From: Balanoglossus misakiensis
Lineage: Eukaryota > Animalia > Hemichordata
Direction: 5' to 3'
Assembly: GCA_040954595.2 (NCBI GenBank)
Contig: CM082590.2
Location: forward strand, 4,650,001 to 4,714,000
DNA length: 64,000 nucleotides
Part shown: positions 1 through 11,295 of the stretch, in pieces
Position numbering within the stretch: position 1 is the stretch's first letter
Layout: the number at the start of each line of letters is the position of its first letter
Notes under the pieces: model-generated
Seen by the model: only the letters and a program-made list of their open reading frames with translations
Told to the model about the DNA's origin: nothing
Databases searched by the model: none
Translations under genes and position numbers: made by a program

Positions 1-172
1 ATTAACTTGTAAGGTGTTGTATACTCATCTCACTCAGAGGCACTCAGTTCAAGCTAGTGATAAACTCTCAAAATGGTTTTCTAAGTTAAATATCACCCCT
101 GTAAAGCCAGAGAGCGACTGTTACAAAATCTGGCTGAGTGTGTACAAGTTGACTAAAGAGACCAAGTTAAGA
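1..172 (+). mobile_element. Non-LTR retrotransposon (Tx1/L1-like) ORF2 C-terminal region, left part, interrupted by a TIR element
   Basis: Frame ...KIWLSVYKLTKETKLR joins in frame to EFQWKLLQRLLPCNKYL at 1337 once 173-1336 is removed; typical sequence just upstream of the zf-RVT domain. Confidence 0.75.
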
Positions 173-1330
173 CACGGGCGTCATGGAACAATAAAGTGTA
201 TAGAATAGATATTAATAAACTTAGCATAAACGCGACGTCCTCAATGAACAAAGAATAAAATATTTCATGGGTTTGTTTGGTGTAGACGAGAAATGCACTA
301 AAGCTAGGCCAGTGTTAACTTTATGTGCAAAACCACACCGCATAGGCACCGTGTATACGATCCCGTCTTGAGCAGTAAAGGCGATGTCTATAAAACATGC
401 GTGCGCGCCCGCAACTGATATGCCCTGTGTACGTACGTGAGTACACATATATACAGGGTATGAAACGAATTTTCAGCCCACCGCCATTTGGCAACTATTA
501 CGAAGAGAATCGCTACCAAATCAGAGTATGCGTTTTAGATGACAGAGAAACCTAATGTCTAGCTATTCATGTTTCAAAAGTCGGTCGAACATTCGAGATA
601 TTATCGATCGAAAAGTGTCACTCGTCCTGGGGACGTGCGTTACCGACGTAAAATGGCGTTTGGGCGATGTCGCAAATTTCGCCATGAAAGGTATACATAG
701 GACATACTGTTTTCATGCAAAAAAATCATAGCAAATATAACAGTGATGCACATGAACAACGTCCACCATGACTAGTAGGAGCTGAGCTGAGCTCTCACAT
801 AGTTTCATTCACATGATATAAAACCCGGCGATCGAACACGGCACTTCCGGTCACCAGATTCGCAATGGTTTTGTATACGGATTTGTTGTATTTTTCACGT
901 TTTCCGTTTTTTATTCATGATTAATCCAACACTTCTCTAGACACATTCTAAGCAAAAAATAAAATTATTGCTTACCTTTCGATGGCACTCTGCTCCGTAG
1001 AAAGAAGTGTCCCCCCTGTCCCCCCTTTTTGGTAACGCACGTCGCCGGACTCCATGAGAGCGATTGCATACCCTTCCATACACTGTATACGAACGCGTCT
1101 GTTTTGGCTAGCAATGGAGTCGTACGATCGTCTGCCGCGCGCGCTGGGCCGGGCGCGTGCGCGCGTGCGGTTGTAGATTGTTCGCTCGCATATTTTGCAA
1201 GTCCAGCTGTAGCTAGGCTGTTCGTGAGTGTAGTTCTCGTTCACATAAAAAAACACGAAATAATTTATTGTGTGTTCGTTTAGGCCTATGCTAAATTATC
1301 CATACACTTTATTGTTCCATGACGCCCGTG
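173..1330. mobile_element. Non-autonomous DNA transposon with 29-bp terminal inverted repeats
   Basis: CACGGGCGTCATGGAACAATAAAGTGTAT at 173-201 and its exact reverse complement at 1302-1330; flanks GTTAAGA / GTAAGA (imperfect TSD); CpG-rich interior with no transposase ORF. Confidence 0.88.
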
Positions 1331-1797
1331 GTAAGAGAGTTTCAGTGGAAACTTCTACAACGCTTATTACCATGTAACAAGTATTTATACTTGTGGAAGT
1401 TAAATGATTCAATGTTCTGTCCTCTTTGTCACCAGATTGACTCTCTGGAACACAGATTTATATATTGTCAAATAGCTGTGAGATGCTGGAAATACGTCAT
1501 CTCTAAATGTTCTGAGTGTAGCGAAATAACACCATCAGACATTATTTTTACAAAAGCTGGCGAGTATGTCAAACCCAAAGAAGAACGTTATGTTTTTCAG
1601 CTTTTAATTCTTCTTGGGAAATGGAGCATCCATAAGTACTGGGTGACCAATGAAAACACACCGATTGAAGTTTTAATCAAAAATGAGTTTATGTTAAGAT
1701 ATAAGATTGAAAAACAACTGGATGTGCATCACTGTTATATTTATATAAACATGTAATTGAGGTGAAGGTTTAAATAAAAGATAAAAAAAAAAAAAAA
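1331..1797 (+). mobile_element. Tx1/L1-like LINE 3' end: zf-RVT zinc finger, stop codon, polyA signal and polyA tail
   Basis: CPLC-x5-LEHRFIYC motif, stop at 1756, AATAAA at 1773-1778, A15 tail at 1783-1797. Confidence 0.85.
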
Positions 1798-2549
1798 CAT
1801 AATTAATTCATCAAGCCATCGACCGACCTCATTATGGCAAGTTTCTACGGCAATTTAAGCCTACGTCGCAAAACTTGGATTGAGCATAATGTTTGAATCG
1901 TGAAGTGGTAGCGTAGGTCACACTATACAGGGATTACTCGATATACTCATGTCATCAATGGTGCAATTCTATTGCTGTCATGCCCCGTCAACGCTTTGAT
2001 GGGCTGCGTCATTCATTCTAAAAATGAATTCTAAAAATCTTATTTCAGGGATTTGTGGGTACATTTTCATCAAGAAACAAAGCACGCAAGCGCGGCGCGA
2101 CGAGCTCTTCCGAGGCAGGCTAAATATTTATTGATCAGTACTGCAATAGAGGATTTCATTCATGCTTATATCAGTGAGATGGGTTCTCATTTATTTGACC
2201 TATACTATGATACATATTAATATTTACAATAATATAAATCTGCTGAACTTGATCTCACATTCAACAAAACAAACAAATTAATTTCACTTTTTAAATCATG
2301 ACAAACAAACATGCTTTTAAACAAAAAATACATTGAAATATTTTTTTTTACAGAATCCATAATTAACAAGACAGGCTGTCATTGGTAAAAATAGGTTGTA
2401 AAGTCTGGGTTGTTGGGACTAAGGCAGAGGGATAGACGTTAATTATTTATTTTTATTTACCTATGTTCAAAAATGTGTGATATTGATAATAAAACATGTC
2501 AACTGATGTGTGAGTGTGGAATAGAATTAGTGTGATTACAGTAACTTAC

Positions 2550-2648
2550 TTTGGACTGCACATCAACGCTGGCATTGGATTGCAGTAGAAGTTTCACCAC
2601 ATCACCATGGCCTTTGGCTGCTGCAATGAGTAACGGTGCCGAACCAAA
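2550..2648 (-). CDS. Ankyrin repeat exon B2
   Basis: 99 bp, CACAG acceptor, GTAAGT donor, PLLIAAAKGHGDVVKLLL. Confidence 0.92.
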
Positions 2649-5600
2649 CTGTGGGAATACAACAAACATGTGTCACTGAGCATCTCTTACTATAACCGTC
2701 TGAGGAAACACACACTATTTCATTAAGCATGCAGTAGCACACATTCTGAAACATTCATTTTTGAGATGGCACAACATGTGTTGCCGACACTTTTTTTTTT
2801 TTTTTTTGGGGGGGGGGGGGGTAAATTAATAGTAGGATACATCCCAGTCCCCCACGAAATGGACATGAATGCATGATGAGGTGATAGGGCAGTGTACTTT
2901 GAGGGTACATTAACATCACATGTATTCTTTTACTTGAGATTTATGATACGCGCGTCTGTTGTTTTTATTTGAAGATACACTCTGTACAATACCTCAAACT
3001 GACAATGATCTAAATATTTTAAAAGCCTAGACAGCAGTTTCATTACCCTTTAAAAGAGCATTGGAATTAGCCAATCAAAGAACGCCAATTTTGAATGAAA
3101 GGTAAGAAATATGCGGAACCACTATTGACATTCAAATGATTATGGTAGACTTCAGCCAGACAACTTTTTTTTAGTCTCGCCAGCCAGACCTCTCTCTCTG
3201 TCATTCGACGGCATAGTCGCACGAAGTGCGCCACGAGCGGTGAAGCCACAAGAATCGACAATGTCGCTGTTTGTGGCGACCTTCGTGTGCCTGTGCGCGA
3301 CGTCGTCTGAAAGCGTGGTCTGGCCAGTGAGAATGACGTATCTTTAGAATCAGTTTCATAAAGGTAGATGCATGATGACGGTTTATGAAAGAATCGCACT
3401 TTGTAGATTTTCGGTTGAAAAGTTAGTCATCCCAAGTTTTGGGATTTTTCTGTTGAAAATGATCCTTCTGGGTGGCACATACCCGTACACCTTCCTATGG
3501 GAGTCCCCCTGGCCTGTTGTGCAGGATACATGGCACCCCTACAATTTACAATTATTTATTTTAGGAGCTTTATTTCGCTTCGCCGTTGTTACTGACAGCT
3601 ATTACACTACAGTTTGTTTAAATATAAAATAAATGTGTCATCGTGTATGTAGCAAAAGTTCATGGTTAGGTCCCTAACTTTCTGGTCAAAAAGTTAACTA
3701 TTGGTAGATTATTAATCGAAAAATCTAATTACGAATTTCGATATGAACACCCAGATCCCAACCTCTCGAATTACTTGACATTTTAATAAAATATTGCTTT
3801 ATAGTGGTATGATATTCAAAAGTGAATTGGTTGGTCTCAAAAGAGATAAGAATTTAACTTGGCCGCAGGTATAGCCACGGTCAAAAAACTCTCCCTCAAA
3901 CTCTTTCATACTTTTCATAATCCTATTATGTGTGTCGGTTTATTGCAGTAACACTAGTTTCGTAATTGACATCCGGAAGGTCGTCAACACTACAAAATAT
4001 AAGTACAGTGTCACCTTTTTGGCCGTTTGGGCTATTGGTGAGTGAGCATGTAAAGCCCCTTACCTCATTCTTAGCATTGACGTCAGCTCCATGGTCGATC
4101 AACACTTGTGCCGCTCCCAGTTGATTTGCGAGGGTGGCTACATGCAATGCTGTGTATCCAGACTGAAATTGACAAATTCATATGAATTACAACAATCTAT
4201 GTTCCAATGTTGGACTTGTAAGGTGACATGGCTATCATTTCACTGGAATTGATTTGTAACTGTAAGTGTTGACTGATATTACGAGTTAAATGTGTGTAGC
4301 ATCTATAGTTGTTTCAGACCAAAACACTATTGTTTCAGAGAACTTTTATAACGCGTCCAATAGATTGTTCTAACATGTGTTACACTATAAAATTTTAATA
4401 TAATGTAGCGCACTTTACATGTTTATGCACACTCATAGGTGCAACAGGTCTTAATATCATTTCATAAATTGCATTGATATATTGAAATTTTCAATCACAC
4501 CAAATACTCTAACAGATAAACATGGCGGACGTGATACACCCGACACAAACAATCCACTGTTTCTCCGTTGATGTAAGTTAATATTAAGATATAGCCTGCT
4601 ATGAACCCAACATTGGTACGTACATCAATGTTATAATTATTTAATGTTGCTAGGAAACATCAGAAAAAGAATTGTCTAAACCAGTCTGGACATTCCTCTC
4701 AAATTTGTCTTTTTTTAAAAAAAAGGGTTTGTAGTATCCATTGAATGGAACTGAAATCACATATGTCTGGTTCACTGAATTTAACAAAAAACATGAAAGG
4801 AAAATTGTGGTCGCGCAAATAAGTGTGAAAGTGGATTCCACTAAACAAATTGAATTCGCCCTTCTAATAAACATAAGAACGTTGCTTGTTGAATTTATGT
4901 GACCAATCTGATTAAAATCAGATGTAGAGTTAGGTGTTGTCTTTAGCTGTGGTGATCATTTTGACTGTTCTGTTCTCTGGCTTGGCGGTTCTCGGGTGTA
5001 CGGCCCCTATCCGAACAAAAAAGCCAAGAATCAGCCATAGTAAAGACACCGCCTAACTCTACAGCTGCCCAATCTCAAAGATTCAAATCACGCCTGAAGA
5101 ATACACTTGTAATACAAACACCACAGACTAAAGAAATCCGCACTTTTTGTTTATAAGGGCAATCAACGGCACTTTTCCATGAGCATATTCACCTGAATTT
5201 CGGTCGGCTTACGACGCGGGATTTAAAATCTCTATGTTGTGTCGCTTTTGGGGTTTTAATTTTTTGTGAACACTTTCATTTATTATAACGGTTGCATTCA
5301 TCTAGAATTGTCAACAACCGCGCCACAGACTGTTACTGGTCACAATACTAGTATACAGATACTTGGACATTTCATCGAACACTATGATCTTATTGAATTT
5401 CGTTTCGGTTTCAAATTTCTCTTTCTAACCTCAAATAGCTATAAGAGAAACATAAAGGAGGAAACAAGCTTTATTGTCTTACACACGTTTCTATTTCAAG
5501 TGCATTAAGCTTGTATATGAAACCGAACTACTACTATTTGCCTCTGGTTGGAATTTCTTGAGTATCGAAATGTGACAGTCAGGACAATTTTCATGGTTTT

Positions 5601-8600
5601 CTAGTGCAAAACTTTAAAGGCGAGTTCTCGTGCCGTTGAGATTCTGCGCGAGCGTGTCTACTTTGATTAACACATTTCCCAGAATGCCTCACTATTCTCT
5701 GCAAATAAAAATGGCTGCTATGGATAATAGTTAAGCGAGTGTCACTGACAGTACTAGTATAATGGTGACAGTCAATGTTTTGTGCGAGAGAGGGTGGTGT
5801 TAGAAGGACTGAGATGAGACGACATTAGGAAAGTGATAGTTCGACCTGGCGAGCAAACATGATAGTACAAGCATAATATCATCAGTGGGAATGCCGCATT
5901 CGGGCCGTTTGGATCCCTGATCCAAGTCGCACCCACAATGCACTGCTGTTAACGTGGGGCGACATAACAAAAACTTTCATATCGATCGTGCATTTTGTGA
6001 TAAAAGCTCAGATGGGTGTTAATGTGTAATTAACTCCATCGGCCATGTAATGCCGGGAACACACAGACTTGTACGCAGGGCTAGGAACACATTCCCATAC
6101 GCACAGACACATACGACACAACCCAACACAGAACTCAGCATGAACTGAACAAAGCAATTGCTCCATCGAGACCATGACCGTATTTACATGCAGACTCATT
6201 TGAATGTCAATTTTGTTATTGTTTTACGGCCGCCAAGCTGAAAGTTTTTGTTTCAGGGTTTTGACAAATATCTTTGGAGTAGGCAAGTGACAGGCAAAAT
6301 CAGGAAACAGATAATGTCTCATGACACACGGCGATGGTGTGATTTTCAACATTACCTACACAGTCATAAATTGCGACAACATGTGGTGGGAAGGTATTTA
6401 AAATAAAGTTGGGCATGACTACGGCAACACGCGACCTCCTCAACATTACCGAATGACGGTCAAAGTCCGATGCCCCAGTGTTTGTCCTCAGCCCATAAAA
6501 AAATACGAAAAATATTACAAAAATCTTCTCAAAATCTACGTGGCCTAGGACCTTGATATTTTTCACAGAGGATTTTGGCCATATGGTCTGCAAAAATCGC
6601 GAAAAGAATGTACATGCACCAATTAACATGCAAATTAGATCAATTTGAGAATTTCGCTTGATTATAGCCACCAAGTCACGTGACTAATTACAAATTCATG
6701 GGCCCCAACCACCGTGCCAAGTTTCAGAAGCGCAGCTGCAGCAGCTTCTGAGAAATATGTGGCCGAAAAAACGACTCAAGAAGAAAGAAGAAAAACTCCA
6801 GCAATTACAGAAGGGGCCCAAGCGCCCTCAGACGCTTGGGCCCTTAACAAGGTTGTAAAGTCTGAGTTGTTGGAAACATGGCAGAAGGATAGTCGTCCAA
6901 TATTTTTATATTGACCTAATTTCAAAAATCTGTGAGATTGATAATAAACCGAGTCAACTGATGTGTGAATGTATAATAGATTTATGTGATTACATTAACT
7001 TACTTTATCCTGCACGTCGACGCTGGCATTTGATTGCAGTAGAAGTCTCACCATGTCACCATGGCCATTGGCTGCTGCATAGTGTAACGCTGCCAAACCA
7101 TCCTGTGGGAACACAACAAATAATGTGTCAATGAAAATCCCTGACTATAACCTTCGAATGGAACATGCAATGTCGTCAACACTACAAAATATAAGTACAG
7201 TGTCACCTTTTTGGCCGTTCGGGCTATTGGTGAGTGAGCATGTAAAGCCCCTTACCTCATCCTTAGCATTGACGTCAGCTCCATGGACGATCAACACTAG
7301 TGCCGCTTCCAGTTTATTTCCACTGGCTGCTACATACAATGCTGTCCATCCAGACTGAAATAGATAAATTCATTTGAATTACAACAAGCTATGTTCCAAT
7401 GTTGGACTTTGTAAGGTGACATGGCTATAATTTCACTGGAATCGATTTGTAACTGTAAGTGTTGACTTATATTATGAGTTATGTGTGTAGCATCTATAAC
7501 TGTTTCAGACCAAAACACTATTGTTTCAGAGAACATTTATAACGTGTCCTATATATATTTCTAACAAGTGTAACATTATAAATTATAATATAATGTAGCG
7601 CATTATACATGTTTATTATGCACACTCATCGTACCCACAGGTCTTAATATCATTTCATAAATTACATTGATATGTTGAAATTTCCAATCACACCAAGTAC
7701 TCTAACAGATAAACATGGCGGACGTGATACACCCGACACACACAATCCCCTGTTGATGTAAGTTAATATTTATGTATAGACTGCTATGAACCAAACGATG
7801 GTACATACGGTACGTCAATGTTATAATTATTTAATTTTGCTAGGAAACATCAGAAAAAGAATTGTCTAAACCAGTCTGGACATTTCTCCCAAATTTGTCT
7901 TTTTTTTAAAAAGAGTTTGTAGTATCCATTGAATGGAACTAAAATCACATATGTCTGGTTCACTAAATTTAACAAACAACATAAAAGGAGAATTGTGGCC
8001 GCACATATTAGTGTGAAAGTGGAGTTCACTAAACAAATTTATTTCGCCCATCTAATAAACAAAAGAACTTTGTTTGTTAAATTTATATGACCAATCTGAT
8101 TAAAATCATATGTAGAGTTAGACGTTGTCTTTACCTATGGTAATCGTTTTAGCGGTTCTGTTCTCTGTCTTGGCCGTTCTCGGGTGGACGGTCCCTTTCC
8201 GAACAGAAAAGCCAAGAATCAGCCATAGTAAAGACACCGCCTAACTCTACATCCAGTTTTAACCAGATAGTTTTGTGACAATCTGAGACGGTCCCTAAAC
8301 TTACAATGGCACATAATGCATTGGGCACATGCAATCACTACATTCCTTCACAAATAAAGATATCGTCCAAATGGCAACTCTCCAGCCTGCAATGACACAG
8401 ATTCCACATATTCTTCGGGTGTCCGCAAATGAAACATTTCAGCCTGGCCTTGTCACGACTCTGACATTCTCCCTGTATTCCCAATTGACAAGCACTATGT
8501 CCATCGAAGTGCAGTAAGACGTTCATCTCCACACATGTGTGTTTACTCAATCAAGTAATTTCTACAGCTAAGATATCCATCGAAGAGCCAGAAGAAATAA

Positions 8601-11027
8601 ATAGTACAATCAATCAACAGCTGACCAACCTCAAAGAGTCAAATCACGCCTGAAGAATACACTTGTAATACAAACACCACAGACTAAAGAAATCCGCACT
8701 TTTTGTTTATAAGGGCAATCAACGGCACTCTTTTCCATGACCATATTCACCTGAATTCCGGATTGACTTACGACGCAGGATTTTTAATCTCTACGTTATG
8801 TCGCTTTTGGGGTTTCAATTATTTGTAAACACTTTCATTTTTTATGACATTTGCAAACATCGATCTGGATTTGTCAATAACCTCGCCACAGACTGTTATT
8901 GATCACAATATACGGATACTTGGACATTTTAGTCAATACTATGTTCTTATTCGTTACGGTTTCAAATTTTCTTTCTAACCTCTAACCTTGCTATTGGAGA
9001 AACAAAGGAGGAAACAAGCTTTATTTTCTGACACAATTTTGCTATTTCAAATGCATTAAGCTGGTATATCAAACACAGGAAAGGTTTGTGTTCATCAATA
9101 AAGTCGAGGTCAAATCGTTTGCCGCTTCAGATTCGTTACCTTTGTGACTTGGTTGTACGTGTGAAATGTTGAGTGAGGCAGTGCAAATACTTACCCTGCT
9201 AAGGTATACACCCTTTGCATTGACATCATAGCCATCATCTATCAACGATTGAATCCTTGCAACATCACCATCCCTAGCGGCTTCAATGAGATCCTATAAC
9301 ATTCAATGAAACATACAATTGTTATTTCTTAAATATACCGTTAAAAATAAAATTCTTCAGTATTTGAACTGACCTTTGATTATGAACAAACAACATCACA
9401 AACACCAAGAAATAATACCTAAACTTTTACATCACATTGTATAAACTTTGTGCATCGATTATATTGTAATGTATTCTAATAACACATAAACGTACACGGC
9501 TTACACCAAAATATAGATACTGGAAAATGCCCGGATGAGCCCATGGACTCATGATAAGGCAACAGTCTCAAGAGAACGGTGAAGAAATGAAATGAAAGTA
9601 TCACCATGAACGTTTGTCCAAACTGTGTGGGCAAGTTATTGTGTAGCTGTAGTAGTGTGTGGGTCGTGCGACAGCTTTGTATACCTGGTAGCTGATGTGC
9701 TTCCCAAGAAGCAATTTTGACAGTTTGATAGGGCTTGCATGATTTCCATAAAAGAAACGTGAACAAGGTTATGGTCAATTCACTGTCCAGCCGCTCTTCT
9801 GTTATAGTCTAAAGATTTGGGATCTCGTTCTGTTGGTCAGAACACGAAATCAACAACCGACGGTCAGCAAAGAACGTCACACCACGGCTGTCACTACACG
9901 GCCAACGGATAACACTTGTTTCCGTTGTGATCAGCCATAATGTCACGGTCTATGTAGACAATGTCTCATTTTATAGTAGTTAACTGTATGCGCATACGGA
10001 CTGGTCAGTTTCTTCGGCCGGGGGTGGATTCTATTTTGTGGATATCCATAAGTGACTGACCGCTCCCCTCCTTCATTGACCATACAAAAGTGGGTGAAAC
10101 CCCGCCCCCCATCACCCAATTCCAAAACAGGGTGACCTCTCCCATGAATACACCGCCCCACCCAAGGCAAAGAAACTGACCAGTCCCTTATTTCGAGATT
10201 TTGTTAATTCATACACGCGCACAATATCCCTTCATGGAAAAATGTGAATTTTTCTGAGTTTTGATCGCGAATAATAAAACATGGTGCAGACATTGCTGAA
10301 AGGAAACCATTCCATCGGTGAAATTCTGATCACAAAATACTGGAATTCCAACAAAAGGAAAACAATGAACGACATTCCAGGATAACGACAACCAGCCCAT
10401 GATGCACTGCTGAGCACAAGATGTCTGACTTGTAATTTTGTACAGATGAAGAACTCGCTGGTGTTTAACCCCTCCCCCCTCCCGTCTTGTACATGAAGGC
10501 AGACGACAATAAACCATACGCTAGAACTCGCTCATAAAATTGTGTTTACCTGGGACTTGATCAACCGGTAAAATATTTTTTGAAAAATATCGTTCAATGG
10601 AGACTTGGACTTGTGAATGGAAAACATTGTGATTAGTGTGACTTTTTTGTCAACTGGGTAATTGTTTATTTATGAATGCACTATCTAGCAATACACACAG
10701 ACACTAGAAGTTTCTATGTTTTCCGTGTGTAGGGCAAGCTGACCCGTTGAAAAATAATAAACCTATTAGGCACCGACTAGCGCCACAAGTCTAAACGTAA
10801 CCGTCATGTGTTTTGTGACCAAAATGTCTGGTTAAATTTACGTGCATGGGGTTGAAGGGAGAAATTTTGAACAACAGTCTTCAGTCCACAAACAAACAAA
10901 ATATAAACCACTCATAAAAACAGCCGTCGTACGCGTCACTGCCAGACATCGTTGCATTTGGTGTGAAATGGCGGTTGTTATAGTTCAGTTCACTTACCTG
11001 TGGATTTTTAGCTTTTCTGGAAGCCAT
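2550..11027 (-). CDS. Spliced ankyrin-repeat protein gene, 5' portion (6 coding exons; continues beyond the left edge)
   Basis: Exons 10998-11027, 9195-9293, 7256-7354, 7004-7102, 4064-4162 and 2550-2648 all have AG acceptors/GTAAG donors, are phase 0 and splice into an open frame: MASRKAKNPQ-DLIEAARDGDVARIQSLIDDGYDVNAKGVYLSR-SGWTALYVAASGNKLEAALVLIVHGADVNAKDE-DGLAALHYAAANGHGDMVRLLLQSNASVDVQDK-SGYTALHVATLANQLGAAQVLIDHGADVNAKNE-FGSAPLLIAAAKGHGDVVKLLLQSNASVDVQSK. Confidence 0.9.
3172..3336. mobile_element. Short MITE
   Basis: Imperfect TIRs TAGTCTCGCCAGCCAGACC ... GGTCTGGCCAGTGAGAAT; lies in sequence absent from the paralogous intron. Confidence 0.55.
4064..4162 (-). CDS. Ankyrin repeat exon A2
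   Basis: 99 bp, TTTCAG acceptor, GTAAG donor, GYTALHVA...HGADVNAK. Confidence 0.92.
4923..5063. mobile_element. ~140-bp MITE, copy 1
   Basis: TIRs TGTAGAGTTAGGTGTTGTCTTTA ... TAAAGACACCGCCTAACTCTACA. Confidence 0.7.
6215..6850 (-). mobile_element. Putative Helitron/Helentron-type non-autonomous element at the duplication junction
   Basis: Subterminal 11-bp stem hairpin GGGCCCAAGCG-N8-CGCTTGGGCCC (6814-6843) next to the point where homology to the paralogous intron begins; left boundary and class uncertain. Confidence 0.4.
7004..7102 (-). CDS. Ankyrin repeat exon B1
   Basis: 99 bp, CACAG acceptor, GTAAGT donor, ALHYAAANGHGDMVRLLL. Confidence 0.92.
7256..7354 (-). CDS. Ankyrin repeat exon A1
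   Basis: 99 bp, TTTCAG acceptor, GTAAG donor, GxTAL...AA...HGADVNAKD. Confidence 0.92.
8111..8251. mobile_element. ~140-bp MITE, copy 2 (copied with the exon module)
   Basis: Same TIRs at the equivalent position of the duplicated intron. Confidence 0.7.
9195..9293 (-). CDS. Ankyrin exon, N-cap-like repeat DLIEAARDGDVARIQSLIDDGYDVNAK
   Basis: 99 bp, TAG acceptor and GTAAGT donor, ankyrin consensus. Confidence 0.88.
9996..10188. mobile_element. MITE, possibly Harbinger-like
   Basis: TIRs GGACTGGTCAGTTTCTT ... AAGAAACTGACCAGTCC. Confidence 0.7.
10998..11027 (-). CDS. Ankyrin gene first coding exon (MASRKAKNPQ)
   Basis: Strong Kozak context AACCATGG, CAG|GTAAGT donor, phase 0 matching the next exon. 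Confidence 0.75.
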
Positions 11028-11129
11028 GGTTACGTTATTCACATTGTGTTGGAATACTTTAAGAATCTGGATCTGTAGCACCGCTCTGGAGTTGAACAAG
11101 TCAGCTTCGCAAATGTTCTATAATGGCGT

Positions 11130-11295
11130 CGTCGCCTACCTGGTCAGGTGATGTTGACAACAAGTTGGGGAAAACCCCGATAAATAAGGAAGTACACTAC
11201 AAAGGAAAGTAATGACAAGAGTTGGGTCAAAGTTCATAACGCCATAAAAGTGTGACATATACACTTCAATACTGTGGTGACGTCACGGCAGAATT
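11130..11295 (-). promoter_or_regulatory. Putative proximal promoter of the ankyrin gene
   Basis: kB-like GGGGAAAACCCC (11167-11178), DR1 nuclear-receptor site GGGTCA-A-AGTTCA (11224-11236) and perfect CRE TGACGTCA (11278-11285), 140-260 bp upstream of the ATG. Confidence 0.5.

Larger units (their letters stand above)
2390..9070. repeat. Intragenic tandem duplication of a two-exon ankyrin module (~2390-5520 and ~6850-9070)
   Basis: Intron sequences align closely (e.g. 3980-5520 with 7172-9070; 2394-2700 with 6851-7150), with copy-specific indels at ~2700-3980 and ~8252-8617. Confidence 0.92.

Noticed and set aside
1319-1756. 145-aa ORF as a host gene
   Set aside because: Its ATG lies in the transposon TIR and the remainder is LINE ORF2 C-terminus.
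3926-4147. ORFs 3926-4147 and 7145-7339 as standalone proteins
   Set aside because: Only the 99-bp exon part is coding; the VRGFTCSL... tail is read-through into intron past the GTAAG donor.
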